NCBI GenBank assembly: GCA_964016885.1
Contig: OZ024743.1
Location: forward strand, 161,510,001 to 161,574,000
Length of the DNA stretch: 64,000 nucleotides
From: Eledone cirrhosa
Lineage: Eukaryota
Reading direction: 5' to 3'
Positions 53,395-64,000 of this stretch are shown in pieces (positions within the stretch are counted from its first letter, which is position 1; each line of letters begins with the position of its first letter). A program made the position numbers and the translations under genes. The notes under the pieces are model-generated. The model saw nothing but the letters and a program-made list of their open reading frames with translations, had not been told where the DNA came from and searched no databases.

Positions 53395-54370
53395 ATGCAC
53401 ATGTACTCCCTCTCTATCATTTTTTTTTACATAGATCACTCTATTAATTGTTGACTTACATAACTCTCCCTCACTTTTATTATACCTCCTTTCATCACTT
53501 TGTCTTCACCTTCCAACCATGCCACCACCTACCACTGCCTCCCTTCCATTACTCCTTCCTCTACCATCCTATTTGCTGCCTTGCTCATCACACTCATACT
53601 CTTTCTTCTATTTACACATTTGGTCCTGGCTACTTTCAACACACAGAAACAACTTAGAGTACATATTTCCTCTTTAGTTTTGCTGGGATCAGAGGTGGTT
53701 TGTGTTAAGAAGAGCACCAAACCATAGAAATAACAAAAAATTAATTAATAAAGCTTTAATATTAGTCAGGTTTTCAATCATTATAGTTTTGTCTCTTGAA
53801 CTTTTAATTGTGATTGCACTTGTGAGTAAATATAGCATAAGTTATACATGCCATATTTTCTCAAAGGCTTCTCATTGTGTACCGGAATATACATAACTTC
53901 AATATTTTTTTATGTTACTCTATTTCCAGCTTTGAGTTCTTTATATTCATTGTTGTCTATATTCTATTGCAATAAGTGTATTGTAATGCAATAATTTGTC
54001 AAGAGGTACTATTAATATGTAAGCTTTCTTCTATCAGCAGTGGGAGCACTGTATTAGTAGCATGCAATTTGTTAGTTTGTTTTTCTGTATTCCACATTGA
54101 ACTACTACTATAAACCTCAGGAAAAGTAATACACAACTGCAGAAATTACCCTTGAACAATTGCAATACTCAATCTTTGTAACAGCTCAAGTAATAAGAAG
54201 AATCAGTGTTGGCAGCCATTTATGAACTTTATTATAGTTGAAGTAGTCAAGTTTCTCTGTTTAAATAAAATTCCATATTCAATTCTATGCTAATTATGGA
54301 ATCATTCTGAAGAACACAGATTGCCTATACCAACTATATACAACTGAATGTATGAGAATTGAACTGAATA

Positions 54371-54440
54371 TGTTGAATATACTCTTGTGACTATATAAAG
54401 GTTTCATGACCTTTATATAGTCATAAGAATATATTCAACA
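54371..54440. other. 70-nt near-perfect hairpin
   Basis: TGTTGAATATACTCTTGTGACTATATAAAGGT-ttcatg-ACCTTTATATAGTCATAAGAATATATTCAACA. Confidence 0.85.
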
Positions 54441-55479
54441 ATAGCTACTTGCAATATATTACTCTCATAATAACACATTATAATTCAGTTCAACAAAGCA
54501 CTGATTGAATCAGTCAACTATGATTTAGGTATCAGTTAGTGTATGTAACACTAATCAGTATAACATATGAGGCATGTATAACAAAAACAATGTGGCTGTG
54601 GCTTTATGGATAAGGACAATGTTATATCTTAAGTCTAAGTGTTATACAAACTATAATTTAGAAATAAAGGTCCCTAGTTCACATTTACTTTGACTCCATA
54701 TAAATATCCAGGAGAATAACATCTGATGATGATTGGCATCCAAACTAATTGAATATTCTTTTCATAGAATATTTATAGCAACACATTTGAGTCTTATAAG
54801 TACAGTGATGTATAGTAGTGAATGACAAGCAGAATATATACAGTAACTAATACAGGGCAAGTTCATTTATGGTTTAATGATTTTCTGAAAGATACTTTTC
54901 TTCACTATCATTAATACAACAGTCTCTGCTCCTATGAACTGAAACTGTTGCTATTTATCCTTCTACACAAGCTTCTACATCTTTCTTGTAACATTTAACA
55001 TTTTTGGTACCAAACTGACTCTGCATCCATTAAAACTACTTTCTTTCTTCCTTCTTCTTCTTCTTTGTTGTCGTTGTGGTTATCATCGTCTCCTCCTCCT
55101 CTCACTTATTCCTGAGATGGTTGGGTTGTGGGAGCAGAGTCCTCAGACACTCCTTGCAGCGGGTCCTGTCAGAAGCAACCATTTCCAACTGATCCAGCTG
55201 GATCCCCAAGCAAGACCAGCCAAGCTAATGGATGTTATCCAACCATCTTGCTCAGGGTCTACCCCTGGGTCTCCCGTCCATAAAATATGTCCAGCGATTC
55301 TTTCCTGAGACATTCTAACCATAAGTCATGCACTCTATCAAGTAACATTACCCCCAAAGACCCTTCAGAGGGACCCCATTTTAGCCACTTTCCAACATAA
55401 TTTTATATTAGAATATTTTGTTAGGTTACAAATACTATCTTAATGAAATTATAATTTTATTGTAATGAATATATGATTA

Positions 55480-55700
55480 TCTATATATCTAAAACAGAGA
55501 ATGTCTGTCTGACTCCCTAAAACTCGAGAATCACCCAACCAATTTTTTTCAAACTTTACACATGTAATACTTATGGTCATGTGAATGTTTTGAGCAAAGA
55601 ATATTTCAAATTTTCAATGCCCTAGGGACCGCATTAGGCGATTTAGCGATCTCTCGCTCTCTTTCTTAGTCTGTCTTTTTAGATAGATACATAGCTATAA
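55480..55700 (+). mobile_element. Possible non-autonomous Helitron 5' end
   Basis: A|TCTATATATCTAAAA...GTCTGTCTG start pattern; no matching 3' end found nearby. Confidence 0.4.
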
Positions 55701-58700
55701 GGTCGCGCCCTTATAATGTCTGCATGTCTGGCTGTCTGCATTACGACATTATGACACTATCTGTGTGTGTGTGTATTTATGTATATATAGTGTGTGTGTG
55801 TGTATATATATATATAGTGTGTAATGTTTTTTGAAATATTTACTTCTGCGTTCACAGATTGATTTTTTTAGTTTCAGAAGATCCTGTTAAGGGTGAAAGC
55901 AGCGATTCTTCGCTTACACTTTAATCTGTTATTTTAATATATATATATAATTATATATTCTTTGTGTACAGATATTTACACAATAACAAAATATAAACAA
56001 ACGTATTTATTTCACAAGAGGGAACGCAATTACATGCTTTTGAAAAATCTTAATGGAAAATTGTGGTTAATTGATTGGGCTTGCAATCAGGAGGTTATGA
56101 GTTTGATTCTCGGACTGGGTGGTATGTTATATCTTTGAGCAAGACACTTTAATTCACATTGCTCCAGTTTACTCAGCTGTAGAAATGAGTTGCAACATTA
56201 CCAATGCCAAGCCGTATTAGCCTTTGCCTTTCCTATGGATAACATTGGTAGCATGGAGATGGGAGACTACTGGTCTTCCACAAACACACCATGTGCCTTG
56301 GAGGGAACTTTCTTGGTGCAAAACCATGGTCATTCGTGATCGAAGGAAGTCTCGCTCATTGTTGCTGGTTGTGTGTTTCCAAAGGGCCAATCAGTCACTG
56401 TGTGCATTTTCTACAGCAGAATTGGTAAGGGAGTATCTGAAATTTGTGCAGAAATAGTAAAAGTTATTTTTGTTTGATGCACCAGTTTATCAGCAGTGTT
56501 CTCCCTAAGAGGTATATATATGTGTGTGTGAGAGAGAGTGAGAGAGAAAATACAAATCAGATGAAAAGTATTAAAAATAAAACTATCAATGTTTGTATGC
56601 TGTGAGTAGAAAATAATTTAAACATTTTGAAAATCAGATGAAACATATGTCACAATAGAATTCTAAATAATTGGCTACTATTTAGAAAATAAAAGAAAAT
56701 AATTCACTCCAGTAAATAGATTTTCTTAAATACTTTGTCATCAAATTCAACCATTAACTAAAGCTGATGAGGCAATTAAAGTGAGAATTGTGTAAAATAC
56801 ATGAACACCAGGTTGTTGCCACTTTAGATATTACTTCTCAATTTGGTTTTCTGTTTGGTCAGACTGACAGCAAAATATGTAAGCTTAATATTCAATGTCA
56901 ATCTCTGGCACTTCACAAACCATAAACTGTCCTCTTTGTAATTATCGAAGAATCTGAGAAGTTGAATGAGTCTTATACAGTAAAGTTTATCAGAATGACT
57001 GTCAAATAATTTCCTATATTTGTAGTTAGGTGGGTAAATACTTAATAAATTAAGGAGGATTTTAGCTATATTGTATTTTAAATTAAGTGAATAGTGGCTG
57101 AAATGGGGTTCCTCTGAAGGGTCTTTGGAGTAATTTTACTTGATAGAGTGCGTAGCTCAGAGATCAAAGAGTCACTCCAGGTAGAGCCACTACTTCTCTG
57201 AATTGAGAGATCACAGCTCCGATACTAAGGGCATGTGATTAGAATGTCTCAGGAAAGAATCGCTGGACAGATATTATGGGTAAAACCAACTGGCAGGAGA
57301 CCCAGAAGTAGACTATAAACAAGATGGTTGGATAACATCCTTGAGCTTGGCTTGTCTTGCTTGGGGATCCAGCCAGATCAGTTGGAAATGGTTGCTTCTG
57401 GAAGGAGTGTTTGAGGATTCTTCCTTCACAACCCTCTCAGGAATAAGTGGGCGAAGAATAAGAAGTGAATAGTGTGAGGCAAACCAAATAATAATATGTC
57501 ATCTATTCTTATAATTCAATGTCACATTCTGTCACACTGATTCTGCCTGAGGATTCGGCTAATGGTATAAGTATCTGTGGGATACTCATCATCAAAACCA
57601 GTTGAAATCCATTTTCTTTAACCTTATGTATACACATACACATAGAAGCATGCATTTATGTATGTGTATGTATATGTGTTAGGTATACCTTTTAATAAAC
57701 ACAGTTTTAGCATCAATTTATAAAGTAAACAGTAATCAAATGGTTACACCACAAGTTTTATTTCTCCATAGATAAATAATGTGTGGTTGTTCTGATCATC
57801 AGACCACTTCAAGTGTTCTTATGTTTTTGTAGTACACTATTATTTAATTGATTAATTAATTAACATATATGTGTGTGTGTGTTCATTGTCAGACATTTTA
57901 ATTACAGCTCAAAGTTAAATGCCACTCTAATTAATATGGGGGTGGGCACAAACACAAACACACATATGCATGCACATATTTGTCTTGGTTTCTTTGAATT
58001 AGAAAAAAAAAGTTAAATATATACTTGTGATAGTTTACATGGTGGAGTTTGTTAATGTTTTGGATGATAGAATAAACATTGTCCCTTTGTCCTCCTACAG
58101 AGGAAACCATATACTTCTCTTTATTTAACCATTAGTTGTTGTTATTACTTTGCCCGAAGTCAACTTTGATCAAGCAGTCCAGTGTTCTAATGGGACTTTG
58201 CTTTAGGGAAATTTGGCAACTATTTTTAGCAAGTTGAACAACCATGTAGAATCTCCATCCATTTCGTTAAAGGAGTAAACAGCGTTTATTAAGAAACCAA
58301 TAACAAAACAAAAAACTAGATGTGTGGTTTGAACATGCAGATATGTGAGAGCATGTATAGCATTGTTCAATCTACCAGAAAAGCAGCCAAATCTCCCTCA
58401 AACTACATCCTACTGTCTTGAATAAAGAAATGCCAATACAGTTCTACATATCCCTAAAAAAGACGGGCTCAACATGACCAACATGCCTTTGATCATATGT
58501 CTGCCTGATCAGGATTGGCCTGAGGCTAAACAACAACCACCTTGCCTTAAACCTAATAGTCTTTTACAAACTTTAACCTTTCATTTAATATGCCTTTCTA
58601 TCTTGTACTCTGAATTAACTCAATCATCCAGATTCCTGACTTTTGCCCTATGGTGTTTTCTTTATGTAGTTATTCTAGAATTTTTATTCATAATTAAATC

Positions 58701-59214
58701 TCTCTTCACCACCTCCTTTCTATCATAACCCCTCCCCGCAACCATTCCAAATCACCACCACCATCTCCTACTATTAACTCCATCTCTACATCAACACTTC
58801 CCATATCAGGAAGAGGGAGAATTACTGCTACTATAACAATCCCAACCATTATTAGTCACCACCACAATTATCACTACCATTTATATATTATCATCCCACC
58901 CACAAATTTTTAACTTAAAGAAAACTAATATATTTAATTTCACTGTGTCTAAAGCTATTTTTCTCTCCTTCTCTTTCATTAACTTCTTTTCACTTTATAG
59001 GCACATAATCTCACACACTCACACATTCACACTCATTTATGTAATAAGCTTTCAAGACTATATATACACAAATATATTTGGATATATGTTTCATGCATAG
59101 ATAGAAGTGCAAGCTCATGATGAAGAGTTTGATCCCACTGCCTAGCATCTTCGGCAAGCATCTGCTGCCATAGTTTAGGTGGAATTTGTGTGGAACTCCA
59201 TCACACACATTTAT

Positions 59215-60544
59215 ATATGCAGGGAGGCAGAGAGTAGGAGGTTTGCCAATGTTCTGCGACGGGAAGATCAGAGGCGTGCGGTGTTCCACATTGCAAGGCA
59301 GTGTGTCAATGCAAATCAGGATGTTGTTGGAGATAAATGTGTCCGGGATGATGCCGGTGTACTTAGTGTCACGAATGATCAGAAAAAGGAGGCCTGGTAA
59401 TGTCATTATGAGAGACTGATGAATGTGGAGAACGAATGGGAGAGAGAGAAATTACCCTTGGTAGATCCGACAGAGGGACCAGCTATTGAGATTGACGAAT
59501 ATAGGGTCCAAGAGGCGATTAGGGAAATGAAAAATGGTAAGGCTGCCAGACCATCGGGAATAGTTGCAGAGATGCTGAAGGACGTAGGCACTAAACTGGT
59601 TGCACGCATCATCAATCAGGCTATATATGGTGGTGTCATACCCAAAGACTGGTGCAGCAGTATTCTCATAAATTGCTACAAAGGTAAAGGGGATGCTTTG
59701 GAGAGGAGCAATTATAGGGGTATAAAACTGATAGATCAGGTTATGAAAGTGGCAGAAAGGATTTTAGCACAACTAATTAGAGAAAGGGTCAAACTAGATG
59801 AGATGCAGTTTGGTTTTGTGCCTGGGAAGAGTACAACAGATGCCCTCTTCTTGGTGAGACAATTGCAAGAGAGGTTCTTAGAGAAGAATAAGCCACTATA
59901 CTTAGTCTTTGTTGACCTAGAGAAGGCCTTTGATAGGGTACCCCGATCTGTCATCTGGTGGTCCCTAAGGAAGCTAGGTGTTGAGGAATGGCTTGTGAGG
60001 ACAGTGCAAACTTTGTACAGAGGTACTCTCAGTAAAGTCAGGGTAGGAATGGAATTTAGTGAGGAATTCCAGATACAAATAGGAGTACATCAAGGTTCGG
60101 TCCTCAGCCTGCTCTTGTTCATTATAGTCCTCCAAGCCATAACAGAGGAGTTTAAGACTGGCTGTCCATGGGAACTTCTCTATGCTGATGATCTGGTTCT
60201 TATAGCAGAATCAGTAAAGGAGCTAGAGAATAAATTCTGGCTATGGAAACAGCAGTTGGAAGCAAGAGGACTGAGAGTGAATCTAGCTAAGACAAAAGTG
60301 TTGATGAGTAGAAAAGAGGACAAAACCCTGATTCCGTCAGGGAAATGGCCATGTTCGATATGCAGAAAAGGAACTGGCATAAATTCTATAAAATGCACAC
60401 AATACAGATCATGGGTACACAAAAGATGTAGCGGGATAGCAGGCAAACTAACAGGTAGGGAGAAATATGTATGCAGTAGATGTACAGGGAAATTAGACAG
60501 TAGAAGTCGCACTGATAGACACATTTTTCAAATGCAAGAGGGCG

Positions 60545-60545
<1 letters not shown>
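59215..60545 (+). mobile_element. RTE LINE internal fragment with an uninterrupted RT plus PHD-like ORF (59419 onward), cut by (TA)n
   Basis: NYRGIKLI, FVDLEKAFDRVP, GVHQGSVLS, LLYADDL, CSIC...WVHKRC...CSRC. Confidence 0.92.
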
Positions 60546-60586
<41 letters not shown>

Positions 60587-60590
<4 letters not shown>

Positions 60591-60824
60591 GTAGAACACT
60601 GCAAGGTAATATCCGTGGTGGTAGAGCACTCAGTCCATCAGACGAGTTAGGTAGAAGTGGTTACACAACAGTTAGTTCACCATACCGAGAACAATTGTTT
60701 CACCTTAGCGGATCCTCAGCTCGTAATGGGCATGGTTATCCCATGCGTAACCACTTCTACCTAACTCGTCCCATGGACTGAGTGCTCTACCACTACGGAT
60801 ATTACCTTCCAGTGTTCTACCACT
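60587..60824. repeat. 78-bp inverted repeat (74 of 78 match) enclosing a hammerhead motif
   Basis: Arms at 60587-60664 and 60747-60824. Confidence 0.9.
60680..60729 (-). ncRNA. Minimal type I hammerhead ribozyme candidate
   Basis: CGAG CUGAGGA uCCgcuaaGGu GAAAC aauu GUU CUCG: intact core, palindromic helix III, weak helix II. Confidence 0.6.
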
Positions 60825-60952
60825 TTATACATCTCCAGCACCGGTTAGCAGATTCTCTCCACTACGTAGAAGTTTGGCTTTTAACAGATTCTTCACAACG
60901 TGCGAGTTTGGCTTACTACCCTGAGAGCGCTCTCTATATCCTTGTGTCCTAC

Positions 60953-61049
<97 letters not shown>

Positions 61050-61073
61050 GATTAAAATTTAGCTTCGTTTATT

Positions 61074-61128
61074 ACTGCTATATATATTTCAGTGACAGCC
61101 ATCTTTGGCTGTGACCTCTTCAGGCAGT
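61074..61128 (-). ncRNA. Minimal type I hammerhead ribozyme candidate (Penelope pLTR type)
   Basis: ACUGC CUGAAGA GGUCACAGCC-aaagau-GGCUGUCACU GAAA U-auau-A UA GCAGU, followed by AATAAA and (TA)n. Confidence 0.72.
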
Positions 61129-61725
61129 TTGAATTAGTATGGTATAGACAAGTACATATGTTGTTTAGGTGTATAATATTGTCAATACTCTGATATGCCC
61201 AGTTCCTTGTTGGGTTGTTAATTCACTGAGGAACTGGAGTCATATGAATTCAAACAAACGAATTTCAGTGTCAAAGGTCCTCTTCTCCTCTCATTGGTCA
61301 GTTATTAGAACAATCCTCATTCTAAGTGTTGTTATTGTTGGAGTTAGCTTAAAAATTGATAAAATGGTAGAGCCTCACCCCAGAAAGAATTCTATAGACT
61401 TCTGACTGAGGAATGCTCTCAGAACTGACCAATGGGAAGTTTGACACTTTTTTTGTTATTTTGTTCCTTTAACACCTTGTCCCTTCTACCATTTTATTAT
61501 TTCGTACTAGTTTACTTTTCTGCACTGGGTGGTTGCTGGCCTTGTGCCTGGGGTAGAAACCTTTATTAATTATTTCGTGGTAGTTCCTTTAATATTTTGG
61601 CCCCCCTTTGTCGACCCGTCACCGTATGATATACGTACTTATACCTCTTAAAAGGGTCCTTTCCTATTCCGTCCCACCTAGTTTATTTATTTATTATTTT
61701 TTTATCTCTTTCTTTATTTATCTAT

Positions 61726-61760
<35 letters not shown>

Positions 61761-62105
61761 TTTCCTTCGCCTAGCAATAGCGAGAGACTTAGGTCGTAGA
61801 AATTGCTTATTTTTTTCTTTACATTTATTCGCTTTTTATCACTCTCAGTATTTTTTTTTAATATATTTTTACCCTTCATTGTTCTACTTACCGTTTCGAC
61901 TTCCTCCCCCTCCCTAGTATCTTCTTTGACCTCACGCCCAGCTGTAGCCGGCACTACCAACACATGAATGGGTCTACTCCACCCCCTCCCCTTTTTCTCC
62001 TACTGACAGGTTTAGCTACCCCTTCCCCCACTAATTTGCCATCACAGAATTACTACTAACTTGTGACCAATCCTTGTGACAATCACTTTGACCATATATG
62101 GAATT

Positions 62106-62199
62106 ACCCCTTGAGAAGCTCGGCTATTTAAATACCAGGATAAATTTTCATTTAGTCCAGAATTAGCTGTCGAAACGGCTTGAGCTCAGCCGTCGGGGT
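62106..62199 (+). ncRNA. Type I hammerhead ribozyme candidate with a U3-A8 core
   Basis: ACCCC UUGAGAA G[long imperfect helix II]C GAAAC GGCU-ugagcuc-AGCC GUC GGGGU. Confidence 0.72.
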
Positions 62200-62379
62200 C
62201 TTACTGGTTCTTATTACCCACTCTACTACCTTAAGTATTGAGTACTTTGGTGCGTTATGGTCCACCTGGTTCCTTACCACATTTCCTTCGTTATATATAT
62301 ATATATATACATTATATATATATATATATATATTATGGAATACTGTTGGCTTCTTGCTACAATAATTTCTATACTTTTC

Positions 62380-62419
<40 letters not shown>

Positions 62420-62705
62420 TAATAAAAAGCTGACGATTACTTTATTATTGAGATCTCTCCACCCAGATCATGACAGCAAACATTATAAGTGTGCATGTGT
62501 ATGTGTAGATGTGTGTGTATGTGTCTTTCTTTACAACAAAGTTAACAATCCTATAGGTATTCAGTGGTACAACAACTGCTATAATAGCTATCTACCTATT
62601 TATTTATATATCTCCAGAAAATAAAAACAACAATATTTATCAATCTACATACATCTGTCTTTTTGTCTGTCTGTCTGTCTATCTATCTGCTGGTCTGTCT
62701 ATATA

Positions 62706-62744
<39 letters not shown>

Positions 62745-62807
62745 GTCTGCTGGTCTGTCTATCTATCTGTCTGTCTGTAAATCTATAGCTATCTGTGTAT
62801 ATTTAAT

Positions 62808-62987
62808 AATTGTTTCTACTTTCGGCACAAGGCCAGCAATTACCCAGTGCATTACTGGTACTTTATTTTATCGACCCCGTAAGGATGAAAGGCAAAGTCA
62901 ACCTCGGCGGGATTTGAACTCAGATCGTAAAGGATCGTAACTATGCTGGAAAGCATGGCGTCCGACCCTCTACCGATACTGCCAATG
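62808..62987 (-). mobile_element. tRNA-derived SINE, full length
   Basis: A and B boxes; flanked by repeated TGTATATTTAATAAT (probable TSD). Confidence 0.87.
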
Positions 62988-63019
62988 CACCTGTATATTT
63001 AATAATGTATCTATTTATC

Positions 63020-63330
63020 ATGGTGGCAAATTGGCAGAGTTGTTAGAACAGTGGATAGAATACTTTGTAGTATTCTTTCCTGTTCTTTTCTGTTTGCATT
63101 CAAATCCCACTGAGGTCAGTGCAGCCATTCATCCATTCGAGGTTGATAAAAAAAAAGTATCAGTCTCGTACTGGGGTTGATTCTTCCTCTGTATCTCTTT
63201 CTCACTTCCTTTCTCTCACACTCTATCCTTCTCTGGAAGAAATCTGCTGTACTCAGACCTGGAGAGGAGATGGGCTCCACCAGGTTTAGAAATACCCTAA
63301 GAAATGCTGTATATCAATACAGCGCCCCTA
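63020..63330 (+). mobile_element. tRNA-derived SINE, long-tail variant
   Basis: Homologous to 11850-12190(-). Confidence 0.7.
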
Positions 63331-63399
63331 CAACTCCATCAGGAATTATGAGTAAAGAAGAAGAATCTATCTTCTAACAAGAACATTAACAACAAATCC

Positions 63400-64000
63400 T
63401 AAACCCTATCAACAGGCCACCTTACCTGTTAGATAGGGTGGCCTTGGCCTCTGGTCCCCAATCTCACTGGCTTTGCTGGCATTTCTTTCGTTGGTAACCT
63501 CATGCCGCATCCTAATCAACAAGGTTCTCCTAAACACAATGGAACCCACTGTGATCGAGGAACGTGAGGCCACCTGTGAAACATGGAACTGGCTTGGACT
63601 TAGCCCAGTTGACATCCCTCCTCCTATTCCCCCTGCTGATGCCAAGTCCCCCCAGAGTATATGGGATGCCATCCAGTGCAACCTGGCCTCTGACAGGGTA
63701 GCACGGCAGCTCGACCAACACTGCCTAGCATGTTTTCGTGCAGCCTCACAACCCCACATCGGTGCCTGGCTCCATGCCTTACCCTCCTTTTCTACTGGCA
63801 CACAGCTAGACAATGATAGCCTACACATCATGGTTTCCCTGAGACTTGGCCACCTCCAGGTCTGCAAGCCACACAAATGTCGCTGCGGATCCACCGTGGA
63901 CTCTTTCGGCCTCCACTCACTTTCCTGTCATTACAGTGCAGGCCGCCTTCCATGCCATGCTGCCAACAACGAGGTCATAAAGCATGGCTTGGATGCTACA
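63400..64000 (+). mobile_element. CRE-clade RLE retrotransposon fragment, runs off the window end
   Basis: QQATLPVR*GGLGL...GAWLHALP...LRLG...CRCGSTVDSFGLHSLSC...H...NEVI. Confidence 0.8.

Noticed and set aside
54720-54760. CTGATGA-TGATTGGCATC-CAAAC motif
   Set aside because: G12 is missing and the helices are poor.
57784-57810. GTGGT-CTGATGA-TCA-GAAC-AACCAC on the minus strand
   Set aside because: Too short to form helices II and III.
46984-64000. Terminal PKC exon (turn and hydrophobic motifs, NFD...F..F.Y/F)
   Set aside because: Searched by eye and not found; it is probably beyond the window, though I may have missed it.

Overview
AT-rich, microsatellite-rich eukaryotic DNA. The repeat content suggests a mollusc, probably a coleoid cephalopod; this is an inference. 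The only host gene I can support is a conventional protein kinase C on the + strand, seen as two in-phase C-terminal catalytic-domain exons (13552-13659 and 46843-46983) separated by a 33 kb GT-AG intron. The rest is intronic and filled with decayed, nested mobile elements: RTE-clade LINEs carrying a PHD-like finger behind the RT core, two Tx1/L1-like LINEs, R4/Dong-like and CRE-like RLE retrotransposons, a Naiad-type Penelope fragment, tRNA-derived SINEs, a Chapaev3 derivative, a 5.1 kb hAT-type element and MITEs. The most notable unexplained signal is a set of minimal type I hammerhead-ribozyme motifs. Three cluster at 60.7-62.2 kb: one sits in the loop of a 78-bp inverted repeat and one has a U3-A8 covaried core. 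Many element boundaries are approximate, and everything was read by eye.
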